NCBI GenBank assembly: GCA_040753215.1
Contig: JBFMEZ010000015.1
Location: 1-24,634, forward strand
DNA from: Candidatus Micrarchaeota archaeon
GTDB taxonomy: Archaea > Micrarchaeota > Micrarchaeia > Anstonellales > Bilamarchaeaceae
DNA length: 24,634 bases
Direction of reading: 5' to 3'
Shown piece by piece: positions 5,464 to 14,952 of this stretch. The translations under genes and the position numbers were made by a program. The stretch's first letter is position 1, and every line of letters begins with the position of its first letter. The notes under the pieces are model-generated. The model did no database searches, was not told the DNA's origin, and was given only the letters and a program-made list of their open reading frames with translations.

Positions 5464-7008
5464 ATGAAATATCTGGTGCTCTTATCCTTGGTGTTTGGAA
5501 TTTTGCTCTCGCCTGCGTCCGCGCAACTGATACCTCCCTGCGTTCCGGGGACCAACGAATGCGTGAATGCCACGAGCTACATAACGTGCAGCGATTCTGC
5601 AACATGGGGCGACCCGCAGGATTGCGGGGAGGGCCTGGTTTGTACAGGTGGCCAGTGCATCAACCCGCACGGCATCGGCCCTGTGGTCGGCTGCAACCCG
5701 GGCACGAGGGAATGCGTGGATTCCACGAGCTACCATGTGTGCGGCGAGCGCGCGGTCTGGGGGCCCACTGAATACTGCCCATCGGGGCAGGAATGCTCCA
5801 ACGGGCAGTGCATGGAGCGCCTGGGATGCCAGCCGGGCACGAGGGAATGCGTGGATTCCACGAGCTACCATGTGTGCGGCGAGCGCGCAGTATGGGAGCC
5901 GACGCAATACTGCGGCTCGGGGCAGACCTGTTCCGATGGCCAGTGCGTTCCTGCGCCTCAATGCAACTACCATGACACAAGGTGCTCGCCCACCGATGGA
6001 AACGAGGTGCAGAGGTGCAACTCGCAGGGCCAGTGGCAGGATTACAGGCACTGCAGCCATGGATGCAGCGACGGGGCATGCAGGGACTGCACCCCCGGGG
6101 ATACGCAGTGCTATGATGACACCCATTACCAGACGTGCGACTCTGACGGCGAATGGGGTTCCAGGAAGAGCTGCGGAAGCGGGTACATATGCGACAGCGG
6201 AGACTGCATACATAGCTCGCAGGGTCCGTGCTCAAGGACCGGGGATACGCGCTGCTCCCCGGACAGCAATATGGAATTGCAGAAGTGCAGCAGCGGATAC
6301 TGGCAGGATTACATCTACTGCCCGGACGGATGCGCATATGATATGTGCGTGCAATGCGGGACAGGAAACACCCAATGCGCGGATTCCACCCATTACCAGA
6401 CCTGCGGAAGCCTGGGCCAGTGGGGCGCTCCAAGCGCCTGCCCGGCCGGACAGATATGCTCCGTAAATGAATGCCAGGCGCCATCCGGGGACCAGTGCGC
6501 CACCCCTGGAATAAAGAGATGCTCTCCAACCAATGCGAACATGGTCCAGCAGTGCAATGAGGACAATGTGTATGTGGATTACCTGCAATGCACCCAGGGA
6601 TGCTACGACAGCCAGTGTGCGGAATGCGCACCTGGAACAACCGTATGCGCGGATGCGGATTCCTACCGCACATGCTCTGCGGATGGGCAGCTCTCAGACC
6701 CGGTTGACTGCGGAAGCGGCTACAGCTGCCACAACGGTGTATGCGAACTTGCGCCTGTTTGCACAGAAGGCCAGCGCAACTGCGTCTCGGACAGCATATA
6801 CACATGCACAGGGGGGCAGTGGCAGCTTTTGTTGCACTGCCCGAGCGACAACGATTGCATGGAATCCGCGGGAACAGCCTACTGCCAGCCTGAAGCCCCG
6901 CCCTCTCCGCCCGCGCCTTCAGGCCCAACCGGCCTTGAGATGCTGCTTGGGGCGGGCGTAGTTGTGCTCGGCGCGGCGGTAATCTACTTTATTCTTTTCA
7001 GGAAGTAA
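5464..7008 (+). CDS. Cysteine-rich repeat cell-surface protein with signal peptide and C-terminal membrane anchor
   Basis: Signal peptide MKYLVLLSLVFGILLSPASA. About 10 repeats of C-x-PG-x3-C-x7..9-C-x4-W-x5-C...C...C. Pro-rich linker, then TM LLGAGVVVLGAAVIYFILF and RK. Confidence 0.88.
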   Translation: MKYLVLLSLVFGILLSPASAQLIPPCVPGTNECVNATSYITCSDSATWGDPQDCGEGLVCTGGQCINPHGIGPVVGCNPGTRECVDSTSYHVCGERAVWGPTEYCPSGQECSNGQCMERLGCQPGTRECVDSTSYHVCGERAVWEPTQYCGSGQTCSDGQCVPAPQCNYHDTRCSPTDGNEVQRCNSQGQWQDYRHCSHGCSDGACRDCTPGDTQCYDDTHYQTCDSDGEWGSRKSCGSGYICDSGDCIHSSQGPCSRTGDTRCSPDSNMELQKCSSGYWQDYIYCPDGCAYDMCVQCGTGNTQCADSTHYQTCGSLGQWGAPSACPAGQICSVNECQAPSGDQCATPGIKRCSPTNANMVQQCNEDNVYVDYLQCTQGCYDSQCAECAPGTTVCADADSYRTCSADGQLSDPVDCGSGYSCHNGVCELAPVCTEGQRNCVSDSIYTCTGGQWQLLLHCPSDNDCMESAGTAYCQPEAPPSPPAPSGPTGLEMLLGAGVVVLGAAVIYFILFRK

Positions 7009-7010
7009 AT

Positions 7011-7044
7011 GAAGGCGGGATTCCCCGCCTTCCACATCTTTTTT
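7011..7044 (+). terminator. Hairpin plus T-tract after the surface protein gene
   Basis: GAAGGCGGG-ATTC-CCCGCCTTC (7011-7032), then CACATCTTTTTT. Confidence 0.6.
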
Positions 7045-7132
7045 AAAACATTTCCCTGCAACATAATTCCGTAGAGTCGTCAGTTCGATTTCTACCCGCA
7101 CGTACTGCTTCACAGCAGGAGGGTGTGTATCT

Positions 7133-7771
7133 ATGGACAAGAAGAAACTCCTGGACGCCATAAGCAAGGCGCTGGAAGAGAAAGGGAAAAGAAAGTTCGT
7201 CCAGTCCGTGGAATTTGTAATAAATTTCCGCGGGGTGGACTTCACAAAGCCCGAGAACAGGCTGAACCTGGACATCCCGCTTCCCAATGGAAAGGGGGGA
7301 AAGGAGCCGCAGGTAATCGTAATCGGGGACGAGAACTTCTGTGCAGAGGCAAAGAGGTCAGGGGCGGATGACATCCTCCTGCCGGGCGACCTTCCAGCGC
7401 TGGGCGCCGACCTCGCGAGGCTCAAGGCAGTTACCGCAAAATCAGTTTTCCTCGCCCAGCCGAACCAGATGGGCGCCGTTGCAAAGACGATAGGGCAGTA
7501 TCTCGGTCCGAGGGGAAAAATACCGAAGCCGCTCGTCGGCAACATGAGGGATTCCATAGAACGGACCAAGAGGTCAATCAGAATTGCCTCAAAGGGAAAA
7601 TACCTCCCGGTCGCGCATGCGCTGGTGGGAAGCGAGAGCATGGACCCGCACAAGATTGCGGAGAACATAGAGGCGGTTTACGAAGCGGTCACCAAGAAGG
7701 TGAGGCAGCCCAATGTAAAGGACGCTTATGTGAAGCTCACCATGGGCAAGCCCGTGAGGCTGACCGTCTAG
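7133..7771 (+). CDS. rpl1: 50S ribosomal protein uL1
   Basis: RKFVQSVEFVIN, GQYLGPRGKIP, YVKLTMGKPV. First gene of the L1-L10-L12 operon, with GGAGG upstream. Confidence 0.97.
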   Translation: MDKKKLLDAISKALEEKGKRKFVQSVEFVINFRGVDFTKPENRLNLDIPLPNGKGGKEPQVIVIGDENFCAEAKRSGADDILLPGDLPALGADLARLKAVTAKSVFLAQPNQMGAVAKTIGQYLGPRGKIPKPLVGNMRDSIERTKRSIRIASKGKYLPVAHALVGSESMDPHKIAENIEAVYEAVTKKVRQPNVKDAYVKLTMGKPVRLTV

Positions 7772-7782
7772 AGGTGTTCATC

Positions 7783-8640
7783 ATGGCAGAGAAGAACGAA
7801 AGGGCCGCAATAAAAAAGAAGAAGGCACAGGTGCAGGACATCCAGAAGGACATAAAGCATTACCCGAACCTTGTGCTCATAGACCTGAGGAATTTGCCGG
7901 ACAAGCTGCTCCAGAGCATGAGGAAGAGGCTCCGCGCTGAGAGCCACGGGAAGGTCAGGATTGCGAAGTCCGCGGTCCTGAAGCGCGCCCTGGACGGGAG
8001 CGGAAAGCCCGCGAGCCTCTCCGAGCGCCTCAATATACCTGCAGCGCTTGTGCTCACAAACCTTTCCCCCCACAACCTAAATCAGATAGTGAAGGGGAAC
8101 AAGCTGCAGATGGCTGCGAAGCCCGGGCAGGTCTCGCCCGCGGACATAATAGTGCCAGCAGGAGATACCGACTTGCCCGCAGGCCCCGCGCTCTCCGAAC
8201 TGAAGACCGCCGGGGTGAATGTGCAGATCAAGGCGGGAAAGATTGCGGTAAATAAGGATTCCACGGTGGTGAAGAAGGGAGAGGTGATAACCCCGCAGAA
8301 GGCGAAGGCCCTCCAGACCCTGGGCATAAAGCCATTTGAGGCCGGGATGAACGTCCTGCTCGCATATGATGGGCAGTACATATACTCGCCCGAGCTGCTG
8401 GACATCTCCGCAGCCTCGCTTGCTCCGGAATTCCTTTCCTCGCTCGTGGATGCGATGAACCTTTCCGTGAACGCCAAATATCCATCCCCCCAGAGCATAG
8501 AGATGCTCTTGGTGGAGGCATACACGCAGGGAAGGAATGCCGGAATCAACGGCAATTTATATTCATCCGAGTCGATGGAGCAGCTTCTCTCCCTTGCCGC
8601 GAGGCAGGGGATGGCTCTTGAGGGCTTGGAGAAGAAATAG
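7783..8640 (+). CDS. rplP0: 50S ribosomal protein uL10 (acidic P0)
   Basis: AAKPGQVSPADIIVPAGDT.LPAGP..SEL, KI.V.KD..VVKKGE.I, L..LGIKP. SD GAGGTG lies before ATG 7783. Confidence 0.96.
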   Translation: MAEKNERAAIKKKKAQVQDIQKDIKHYPNLVLIDLRNLPDKLLQSMRKRLRAESHGKVRIAKSAVLKRALDGSGKPASLSERLNIPAALVLTNLSPHNLNQIVKGNKLQMAAKPGQVSPADIIVPAGDTDLPAGPALSELKTAGVNVQIKAGKIAVNKDSTVVKKGEVITPQKAKALQTLGIKPFEAGMNVLLAYDGQYIYSPELLDISAASLAPEFLSSLVDAMNLSVNAKYPSPQSIEMLLVEAYTQGRNAGINGNLYSSESMEQLLSLAARQGMALEGLEKK

Positions 8641-8649
8641 GTGATATGA

Positions 8650-8973
8650 ATGACAAAAATAGACCCGTATTTGCATGCCGTGCTTCTCCTGCACGGCTCT
8701 GGGAAGGAAGTGACTGCGGAACACATAGCCGCGGTCCTGAAATCCGTAGGCGCGCACGCGGACGAGGCGAAGTGCAAGGTGCTGGCGGACGCGGTGAAGG
8801 GCGTGAATTTTGAGGACCTCCTCAAGAACATCTCCTTCGCGGCAGCGGCCCCTGCTGTGGCAGCGCCTGCAGCCGGTGCGGCACCGGCAAAGAAGGAGGA
8901 GAAGAAGGAAGAGGAAACCGCCGAAAAGAAGGAGGAGCAGGCCGCTGAAGGCCTCGCGTCCCTCTTCGGCTGA
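8650..8973 (+). CDS. rpl12p: 50S ribosomal stalk protein aP1 (L12p)
   Basis: YLHAVLLLH..GKEVT, Ala-rich hinge, acidic tail ending AAEGLASLFG. SD GGTGA. Confidence 0.97.
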   Translation: MTKIDPYLHAVLLLHGSGKEVTAEHIAAVLKSVGAHADEAKCKVLADAVKGVNFEDLLKNISFAAAAPAVAAPAAGAAPAKKEEKKEEETAEKKEEQAAEGLASLFG

Positions 8974-8975
8974 GT

Positions 8976-9016
8976 TCCTTTTCCCTTTCTTTTGTTTTTT
9001 TCTTTTCTATTCTATT
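8976..9016 (+). terminator. T-rich archaeal terminator region of the r-protein operon
   Basis: Multiple oligo-T tracts directly after the rpl12p stop. Confidence 0.6.
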
Positions 9017-10155
9017 TATGAAACCAGCAGGATTATCGTGGGCACTATTATCGCGCCCATAACGCTCGTCCTCTCCACATCCAGCTTCATGCATCCAATC
9101 CCGACTGCAATAGACGGCGCCAATACGGCCAGCCCCGGAATCCCATCTATCAGAAATGTGAGGATAATTACGTATGCAATCAGCATCTTATTGAGGATGG
9201 AGAAATCCAGCTCCGCAATCTTCCCAATCCATCTCCTTGCAAGATAGATTATCACGGCGGAAACCGCCACAGCAACCACAAATGCGGAAATAAGCTGCAG
9301 AAGGTTCGCCTGCACATCCGCCTGCTCCGCCGCCTGCGCGAGCGCGCCGACCCTCGCCTTCCCTAGGGTACTTGAGGTGGAGAAGGCGAAAACCGCCTCG
9401 CTCATCCCGATGGAGGAAACCAGCGCAAGGTAGGCCGGGGTGGCGAACGGGACGATTATGGATGCGAAGGAAGCCACCTGCGCTGGCGAGCTTATCCCCG
9501 GGAGCAAATCCGCGACCCATCCGAGCAAAACCCCTGCAAGCGCAAACCTTATGAAATCCAATTCGAGCTTCCCTTCTTTCTGTTCCGGGAGCTTTCCCTT
9601 TCCCCACAGGAGCATTGAGGAGATTGCAAACATCCCCCCGAAAAGGGGAAGGAACGGGTCCTCCATTCCGAAATTAAGCGAGGCACGCCCGAGCAGTCCC
9701 GAGAGAAGGAATATTGCCGCGAACATCAGTGGGTTTTTGCTCCTCCATGCAAGTATTACGGAAAGCACAACCAGTATCTGCGAGATGTAAGGGCTGATGC
9801 TCCCATAAACAATTGGGTAGAGGGCCTGCGCGAGGGGAAACAGCAGAACCGCGGCCAGCACCGCGATAAGCCCGGATGCGCACATAATCTTCAGCGCATC
9901 TATCCCTTTCCCCTCCTTCGTCATCCTCTGCCCCGGGAGCACGGAAACCGCTACCGCTTCGTCCGGAATCCCCAGGAATATGGAAGGCACAAAGGAGAAC
10001 ACCGCATGCGCCCCGAACATCGCAATTATCAGCACCGCCGCATCCTCGCCGGAAATCCCTATTCCCGAAAGCGCCGCGGCCAGGGTATTTGAATGCAGGC
10101 CCGGAATCAGCCCCGCCAGCATGCCCAGCAGTATCCCGGCCAGCAGAAGAAGCAT
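9016..10155 (-). CDS. TctA-like (DUF112) tripartite tricarboxylate transporter permease family membrane protein
   Basis: GLIPGLHSN and FVPSIFLGIPDE..VSVLPGQRM..EGKG..A motifs, with many hydrophobic segments. Confidence 0.85.
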   Translation of the reverse strand: MLLLLAGILLGMLAGLIPGLHSNTLAAALSGIGISGEDAAVLIIAMFGAHAVFSFVPSIFLGIPDEAVAVSVLPGQRMTKEGKGIDALKIMCASGLIAVLAAVLLFPLAQALYPIVYGSISPYISQILVVLSVILAWRSKNPLMFAAIFLLSGLLGRASLNFGMEDPFLPLFGGMFAISSMLLWGKGKLPEQKEGKLELDFIRFALAGVLLGWVADLLPGISSPAQVASFASIIVPFATPAYLALVSSIGMSEAVFAFSTSSTLGKARVGALAQAAEQADVQANLLQLISAFVVAVAVSAVIIYLARRWIGKIAELDFSILNKMLIAYVIILTFLIDGIPGLAVLAPSIAVGIGCMKLDVERTSVMGAIIVPTIILLVS

Positions 10156-10205
10156 ATTCTACTCTCGCCCTCAGTTTCTTAATCCTTATCCAACCTATTC
10201 TTTCC

Positions 10206-11855
10206 ATGAATTCTGCCGATTCAATCATCAGAAAGCACGCAATCCGGAACGCATACGAATACGGGAAGGCGAACCCCGGGAACGTGGTGGGCAAGGCAAT
10301 CAACGAGTTCCCGGAACTTAAAAAGGACATGAAGAAAACAATGCAGAAGGTAAATGAAATCTGCAGGGAAGTGAATGCGCTACCGAAGGAAAAGCTGGAA
10401 AAGGAATTCGCAAAGCTCCCGAAGGGGGAGAAGAAGGAGGAGAAGGCGGAGATAGAAATCCCGGATGCAGTCCCGGGAAAGGTTGTAGTCCGCTACCCTC
10501 CCGAGCCCAACGGCTACCCGCACATAGGGCACGCGAAGGCCTTCTGCCTCTCCTGGACCATCGCCCGCAAATACAACGGAAAAATAATCCTCCGCTGGGA
10601 CGATACCAACCCCGAGGCCGAGAAGCCGGAATTTGCCGAAGCAATCAGGGACGGCATAAAATGGCTCGGGCTGGACTGGGACGACGAGAAATACTGCAGC
10701 GACTACATGCCGGACATGTATAAGCTATGCGAGAAGCTCCTCTGGGAGGGCAACGCCTACGCCTGTTCATGCACGCAGGAGGAGATAGCGGGAGGCAGGG
10801 AGAAGCAGGAGAGGTGCGCATGCGGCTCACGCACCCCGCAGGAGAACCTCGAGGAATGGAAAAAGATGCTCAACGGAGCCACCCCCGAAGGCGGCGCAAC
10901 GATACGCCTGAAGGGGGACATGGAATCCCAGAATACAGTAATGCGGGACCCGGCCTTGTTCCGCATAATAACCGCCCCCCATTACAGGCAGGGGCTGAAA
11001 TACAGGGCATGGCCGACCTATGATTTCCAGGGGGCGGTAATGGATTCCCTTCTTGGCGTAACGCATCCGATACGCTCCAAGGAATACGAGCTTAGGGATG
11101 AGCTATACGAATTCCTTCTTAAGAAGCTGGGGATGCGCATCCCGAAGATGATTTCCATCTCCCGGCTCTCGATAAGGAATGCGCCGCTCTCCAAGCGCCT
11201 GCTCCGCCCGCTGGTTGAAAGCGGAAAGGTGACGGGCTGGGACGACCCCCGCCTCCCCACGCTGGAAGGCCTGAAGAGAAGGGGCATCCTCCCGGAAGCG
11301 ATACGCAAATTCGTCCTTTCATTCGGAATAAGCAAGGTGGAGAGCGAGCCGGGCTGGGAAAAGCTCCTTGCGGAGAACAGGAAAATCCTGGACCCCGCCG
11401 CGCCCCATTTCTTCTTCGTGGCGAACCCCGTCAGGATGAGGATAAAGGGCGGGAAGAAAAAGAAAATCCGTGAGATGGAAGCGGGGAACGAAGTATGGAT
11501 AAGCGGCAGCGATGCGAAGGATTTGGAGGAAGGGGAGACCATCCGGCTCAAGGATTTGTGCAATGTGAAGATAGAGAAAGCCGGGGAGGAGATTTCCGCC
11601 TCTTACTCCGGGGATGAGATAATAAAGGGCAAGAAAATACAGTGGGTTTCGGACAGGCTGGAATGCGAGGTCCTGAAGCCCGGGGACCTTGTGCTGGATT
11701 CCGGGGAATTCAACCCTTCCAGCCTCACAATAGACGGCGGATACTGCGAAAAATCCATCCATTCGCTTAGGGAGGGAGACGTAGTCCAATTCGAGAGGTA
11801 CGGGTTCTGCAGGCTTGATTCCAAAAAGCCGCTGCGCTTCATATTTTCCTGCTGA
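10206..11855 (+). CDS. gltX: Glutamate--tRNA ligase (archaeal type)
   Basis: RYPPEPNGYPHIGH (HIGH motif), LRWDDTNP, WPTYDF, LSKR, GWDDPRLPTL, VQFERYGFCRLD. Start placed at ATG 10206 with the archaeal N-terminal domain. Confidence 0.95.
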   Translation: MNSADSIIRKHAIRNAYEYGKANPGNVVGKAINEFPELKKDMKKTMQKVNEICREVNALPKEKLEKEFAKLPKGEKKEEKAEIEIPDAVPGKVVVRYPPEPNGYPHIGHAKAFCLSWTIARKYNGKIILRWDDTNPEAEKPEFAEAIRDGIKWLGLDWDDEKYCSDYMPDMYKLCEKLLWEGNAYACSCTQEEIAGGREKQERCACGSRTPQENLEEWKKMLNGATPEGGATIRLKGDMESQNTVMRDPALFRIITAPHYRQGLKYRAWPTYDFQGAVMDSLLGVTHPIRSKEYELRDELYEFLLKKLGMRIPKMISISRLSIRNAPLSKRLLRPLVESGKVTGWDDPRLPTLEGLKRRGILPEAIRKFVLSFGISKVESEPGWEKLLAENRKILDPAAPHFFFVANPVRMRIKGGKKKKIREMEAGNEVWISGSDAKDLEEGETIRLKDLCNVKIEKAGEEISASYSGDEIIKGKKIQWVSDRLECEVLKPGDLVLDSGEFNPSSLTIDGGYCEKSIHSLREGDVVQFERYGFCRLDSKKPLRFIFSC

Positions 11856-11864
11856 GGTATCCGC

Positions 11865-12443
11865 ATGCTTGCAAAAGAACAGAAAGAGAAGATAGCCGCC
11901 TTCTCCAAAAAATGCGTGGAGAAGAACGACCAGTGGCATAGGTTCGACCATCTGGAGCATGTTGCCCGCACTGCAGTCTTTCTGGCCAGAAAGGAAGGCG
12001 CCGACCCGGACGTGTGCGAGGTCGCGGCCCTCCTCCACGACATATGCAAGGCGGAGCCGGGGGACCACGGAACGAGGGGCGCATGCAAGGCGAGGGAGTT
12101 CCTTCTTTCCATCGGGATGAGCGGGGCATTCGCGGATGCGGTCGCGGAGGCAATCCATTTCCACGACAAGGATTGCGCGGACAGGAGCCCCGAGTCAGCG
12201 GTTTTGTGGGATGCGGACAAGCTTTTTATCCTCACTCCGCCCGGGTTTATTTCACGCGCGTGCGCCTATTGGGTGGCGAAGTTTGGCGCGGAGAAAGGGC
12301 TCAGGACAGCGATAGACGAATACTATTTTTTCCGTGAAAGGATGAACACAGGTTCCGCGAAAAAGATTGCAGGAAAATACGAAAAGGAAATGGGCCGGAT
12401 AATAGAACTCCTTAGGCGAAAGCCCGGCTCGGAATTAAGTTGA
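11865..12443 (+). CDS. HD-domain metal-dependent phosphohydrolase
   Basis: H..DH..HV, AALLHDI, DHG, AIHFH, LWDADKL. Confidence 0.9.
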   Translation: MLAKEQKEKIAAFSKKCVEKNDQWHRFDHLEHVARTAVFLARKEGADPDVCEVAALLHDICKAEPGDHGTRGACKAREFLLSIGMSGAFADAVAEAIHFHDKDCADRSPESAVLWDADKLFILTPPGFISRACAYWVAKFGAEKGLRTAIDEYYFFRERMNTGSAKKIAGKYEKEMGRIIELLRRKPGSELS

Positions 12444-14578
12444 GGCAGATGCTGGAAGACTTCTCCCCGGTGGAGCGTGTGGAGCCCGCGCGCAAGCCTG
12501 TCTTTTCAGAGTATCCTCTGCAGCCGTTCATAAAAGGGGTGTTTGAAGGCCGGGGAATAAAGCAATTGTACGAGCACCAGGCAAAGGGAATACAACTGGT
12601 GAGGGAAGGGAAGAATGTGGTGGTGGTCGCCCCCACCGCCGGCGGAAAGAGCGAGGTGTTCATCGTTCCCGCGGTGGAAGGCGCGCTTAAGGGCGGGAAC
12701 ACGCTCCTCCTTTACCCCACAAAGGCGCTTGCGAGAGACCAGCTGGAGCGCCTCCTCGAATTCCGCATCTACGGGGTCCGCACCGAGGTTTATGATGGCG
12801 ACACCTCCCAGAATGCGAGGGAAAAGATAAGGGCGAACCCTCCGCAGATAATCATTTCCAATGTGGACATGCTCCACTTTATCCTGTTGCATAACCGCCT
12901 CTTCAACGCATTTTTCGAGAAACTCAAATATGTAGTATTGGATGAAATCCACATCTACAGCGGCGTCCTTGGCTCGCATGTTTACAACATCCTCTGGAGA
13001 TTAAAGCGCCTCATGCGGAAAAAATACAAGAGGGAAATACAATTTATTGCAACCTCCGCAACAATAGGGAATGCGAAGGATTTTGCAGAAGAACTGGTCG
13101 GAGAAAAATTTGAATTGGTGGAGGGCACTTCCTCCCCCCGTTCCGAATTCCACCACTTCATCATAAACCCCGTGGACAGCTATCTTGTCGCCTCCCTGAA
13201 GGTTGCCCAGGAAATCGGCAGGAAGGCGCTCATATTCGGCAATTCCCATTCCACTGTGGAGAGGATAGGCCTCATTGCGGAGGGGATGGGCCTGGACCTG
13301 CGCGTCTACCGCTCAGGGCTTTCGCAGGAGGAGAGGAGGGCCGTGGAGAAGGAATTCCGGGAGGGGAGGGCAAGATTTCTTGCTTCCACTTCCGCCCTTG
13401 AGCTTGGGATGGACATGGGGGACACGGACGTTGTCATACTCGCCGGATTCCCCGGCACCGTGACGCGCGTGAAGCAGAGGCTGGGACGGTGCGGCAGGAA
13501 GGGGCAGAAGGCATACGGCATATTCGTGGCCAGGGAAAACCCCCTGGACCAGTATTATGTGGAGAATCCGGACCAGTATTTGTACGGGGACCCGGAGAAT
13601 TGTTTTGTGAATCCAAAGAATGAGAAGGTAAGGAGGATGCATGTGCTCTCCGCAGCGAAGGACCTTATGCATTCTCCGGAAGAGATTGACGAGAATATCT
13701 CCCCAATCCTCGCCTCCCTCGCGGAAGAGGAACTGGTTAAGAAGTGGGGCTCCCTCATAAGCATCACAAAGGAAGGGGCGAAGCGCGCCCGCACCATGAA
13801 CATCCGCAGCATCGGAGAAGCGGTGCGCATCTATGATTCCTCCCGCGAAAAATTCATCGGCGAACGGGATATGCACATGGCGATAAGCGAGCTTTTTGAG
13901 GGGGCGATTTATCTGCATGGGGGAAGGGCCTTTATGTCCCAGAAGCTGGACCTCGAGAGCAAAATCGCAACGGTCGAGCCCCTGGGAAGAAAGGTAGAGG
14001 AATATACCCACGCCCTCCGCACAAAAGAGGCGGAAGTAGTCGGGCAACTGGAAACGCGGGATTGCCTCGGCCATCCGCTCTCCTTCGGAAAAGTCCACAT
14101 AGTGGACACGGTCTACGGATTCGCGATAAAGGATGCTTATTCCGGAACAAGGTTGGGCGAGCACCATTTTGAAACCCCTTACATATATGAATTCGATACC
14201 TATGCAATCTGGCTGGATGCGGATGGGCTGGTGCCCGTAATCCCGGACTTTGGTGACGGCTTGCACGCATTCGAGCACGTATCCATCTCAATGATGCCCG
14301 CAATCACAGGCGCAGACCCCAAGGAAATCGGCGGCATTTCCTATCCGACCGGAAGGATGTATGTGTATGATGGCATTCCGGATGGGAATGGGATAACGCA
14401 CATAGTTTATGGGAAATTCGAGTCCGTAACCAGGATGGCACTTGACAGATTGGAAAAATGCCCGTGCGAAAAGGGCTGCCCAAAATGCATCCTGGACCCG
14501 ATGTGCGGAAATGACAATAGATACCTGGACAAGGAGAGCGGGAAGATGATTGCAGAAGAGCTTCTCAAAAAGCATTAG
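12440..14578 (+). CDS. SF2 DEAD/DEAH helicase with C-terminal DUF1998 (Hrq1/MrfA-like)
   Basis: LYEHQ, APTAGGKS, YPTKALARDQ, DEIH, SAT, TSALELGMD, QRLGRCGR and C-terminal CPCEKGCPKC. Start could be ATG 12449. Confidence 0.93.
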   Translation: MRQMLEDFSPVERVEPARKPVFSEYPLQPFIKGVFEGRGIKQLYEHQAKGIQLVREGKNVVVVAPTAGGKSEVFIVPAVEGALKGGNTLLLYPTKALARDQLERLLEFRIYGVRTEVYDGDTSQNAREKIRANPPQIIISNVDMLHFILLHNRLFNAFFEKLKYVVLDEIHIYSGVLGSHVYNILWRLKRLMRKKYKREIQFIATSATIGNAKDFAEELVGEKFELVEGTSSPRSEFHHFIINPVDSYLVASLKVAQEIGRKALIFGNSHSTVERIGLIAEGMGLDLRVYRSGLSQEERRAVEKEFREGRARFLASTSALELGMDMGDTDVVILAGFPGTVTRVKQRLGRCGRKGQKAYGIFVARENPLDQYYVENPDQYLYGDPENCFVNPKNEKVRRMHVLSAAKDLMHSPEEIDENISPILASLAEEELVKKWGSLISITKEGAKRARTMNIRSIGEAVRIYDSSREKFIGERDMHMAISELFEGAIYLHGGRAFMSQKLDLESKIATVEPLGRKVEEYTHALRTKEAEVVGQLETRDCLGHPLSFGKVHIVDTVYGFAIKDAYSGTRLGEHHFETPYIYEFDTYAIWLDADGLVPVIPDFGDGLHAFEHVSISMMPAITGADPKEIGGISYPTGRMYVYDGIPDGNGITHIVYGKFESVTRMALDRLEKCPCEKGCPKCILDPMCGNDNRYLDKESGKMIAEELLKKH

Positions 14579-14952
14579 AGGTCCGAAATGTCCCTCCCAA
14601 TCATCTTTGCCTCTTCCCACCCAATCGTATAGCTTCCCTGCGCCTCCCTAAATACGGAAAGAGGAACAAAAACCCACCTCTCCCTCTTCCTTCTCCATGC
14701 AATGAATGTGGTAATCCCCGCGCTCTCCGTCCATTTCCTCAGATTCTCAAACTGGTCCCTCTTAATCGCCAGCCTGTCGTTCTCCCACGCCTTGCTCTCA
14801 ATCGCATAATGCGCGGAGCTCTTGAAAGCCAGCAAATCCGGAGATAACGAATTCACCCCGCTCCCCGCTGCGCGCACCACCATGAAGCCGCGGTCCGAGA
14901 ACATCTTTATGAGCTCTCTCTCCGCCCCCGCGCCCTTCCTGTAATGGTACAT
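14575..14952 (-). CDS. hjc: Archaeal Holliday junction resolvase
   Basis: YRKGAGAEREL, GF.VVRAAGSG, PDLLA, IESK (PD-(D/E)xK). Confidence 0.93.
   Translation of the reverse strand: MYHYRKGAGAERELIKMFSDRGFMVVRAAGSGVNSLSPDLLAFKSSAHYAIESKAWENDRLAIKRDQFENLRKWTESAGITTFIAWRRKRERWVFVPLSVFREAQGSYTIGWEEAKMIGRDISDL

Noticed and set aside
5482..6928. Long antisense and alternate-frame ORFs over the Cys-rich gene, and similar ones over rpl, ubiD, helicase and IPK
   Set aside because: These are shadow ORFs expected in GC-rich coding DNA, and the annotated frame carries the clear family motifs.
10089..10205. N-terminal extensions of gltX (from 10089), ala (from 21953) and the cupredoxin (from 24580)
   Set aside because: They overlap neighbouring genes or promoter regions. 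Downstream ATGs give family-typical N-termini.
10206..11855. Glutaminyl-tRNA synthetase call because of the LSKR motif
   Set aside because: The archaeal GluRS N-terminal domain and overall architecture fit gltX. LSKR alone is not diagnostic, and a phylogeny would be needed.
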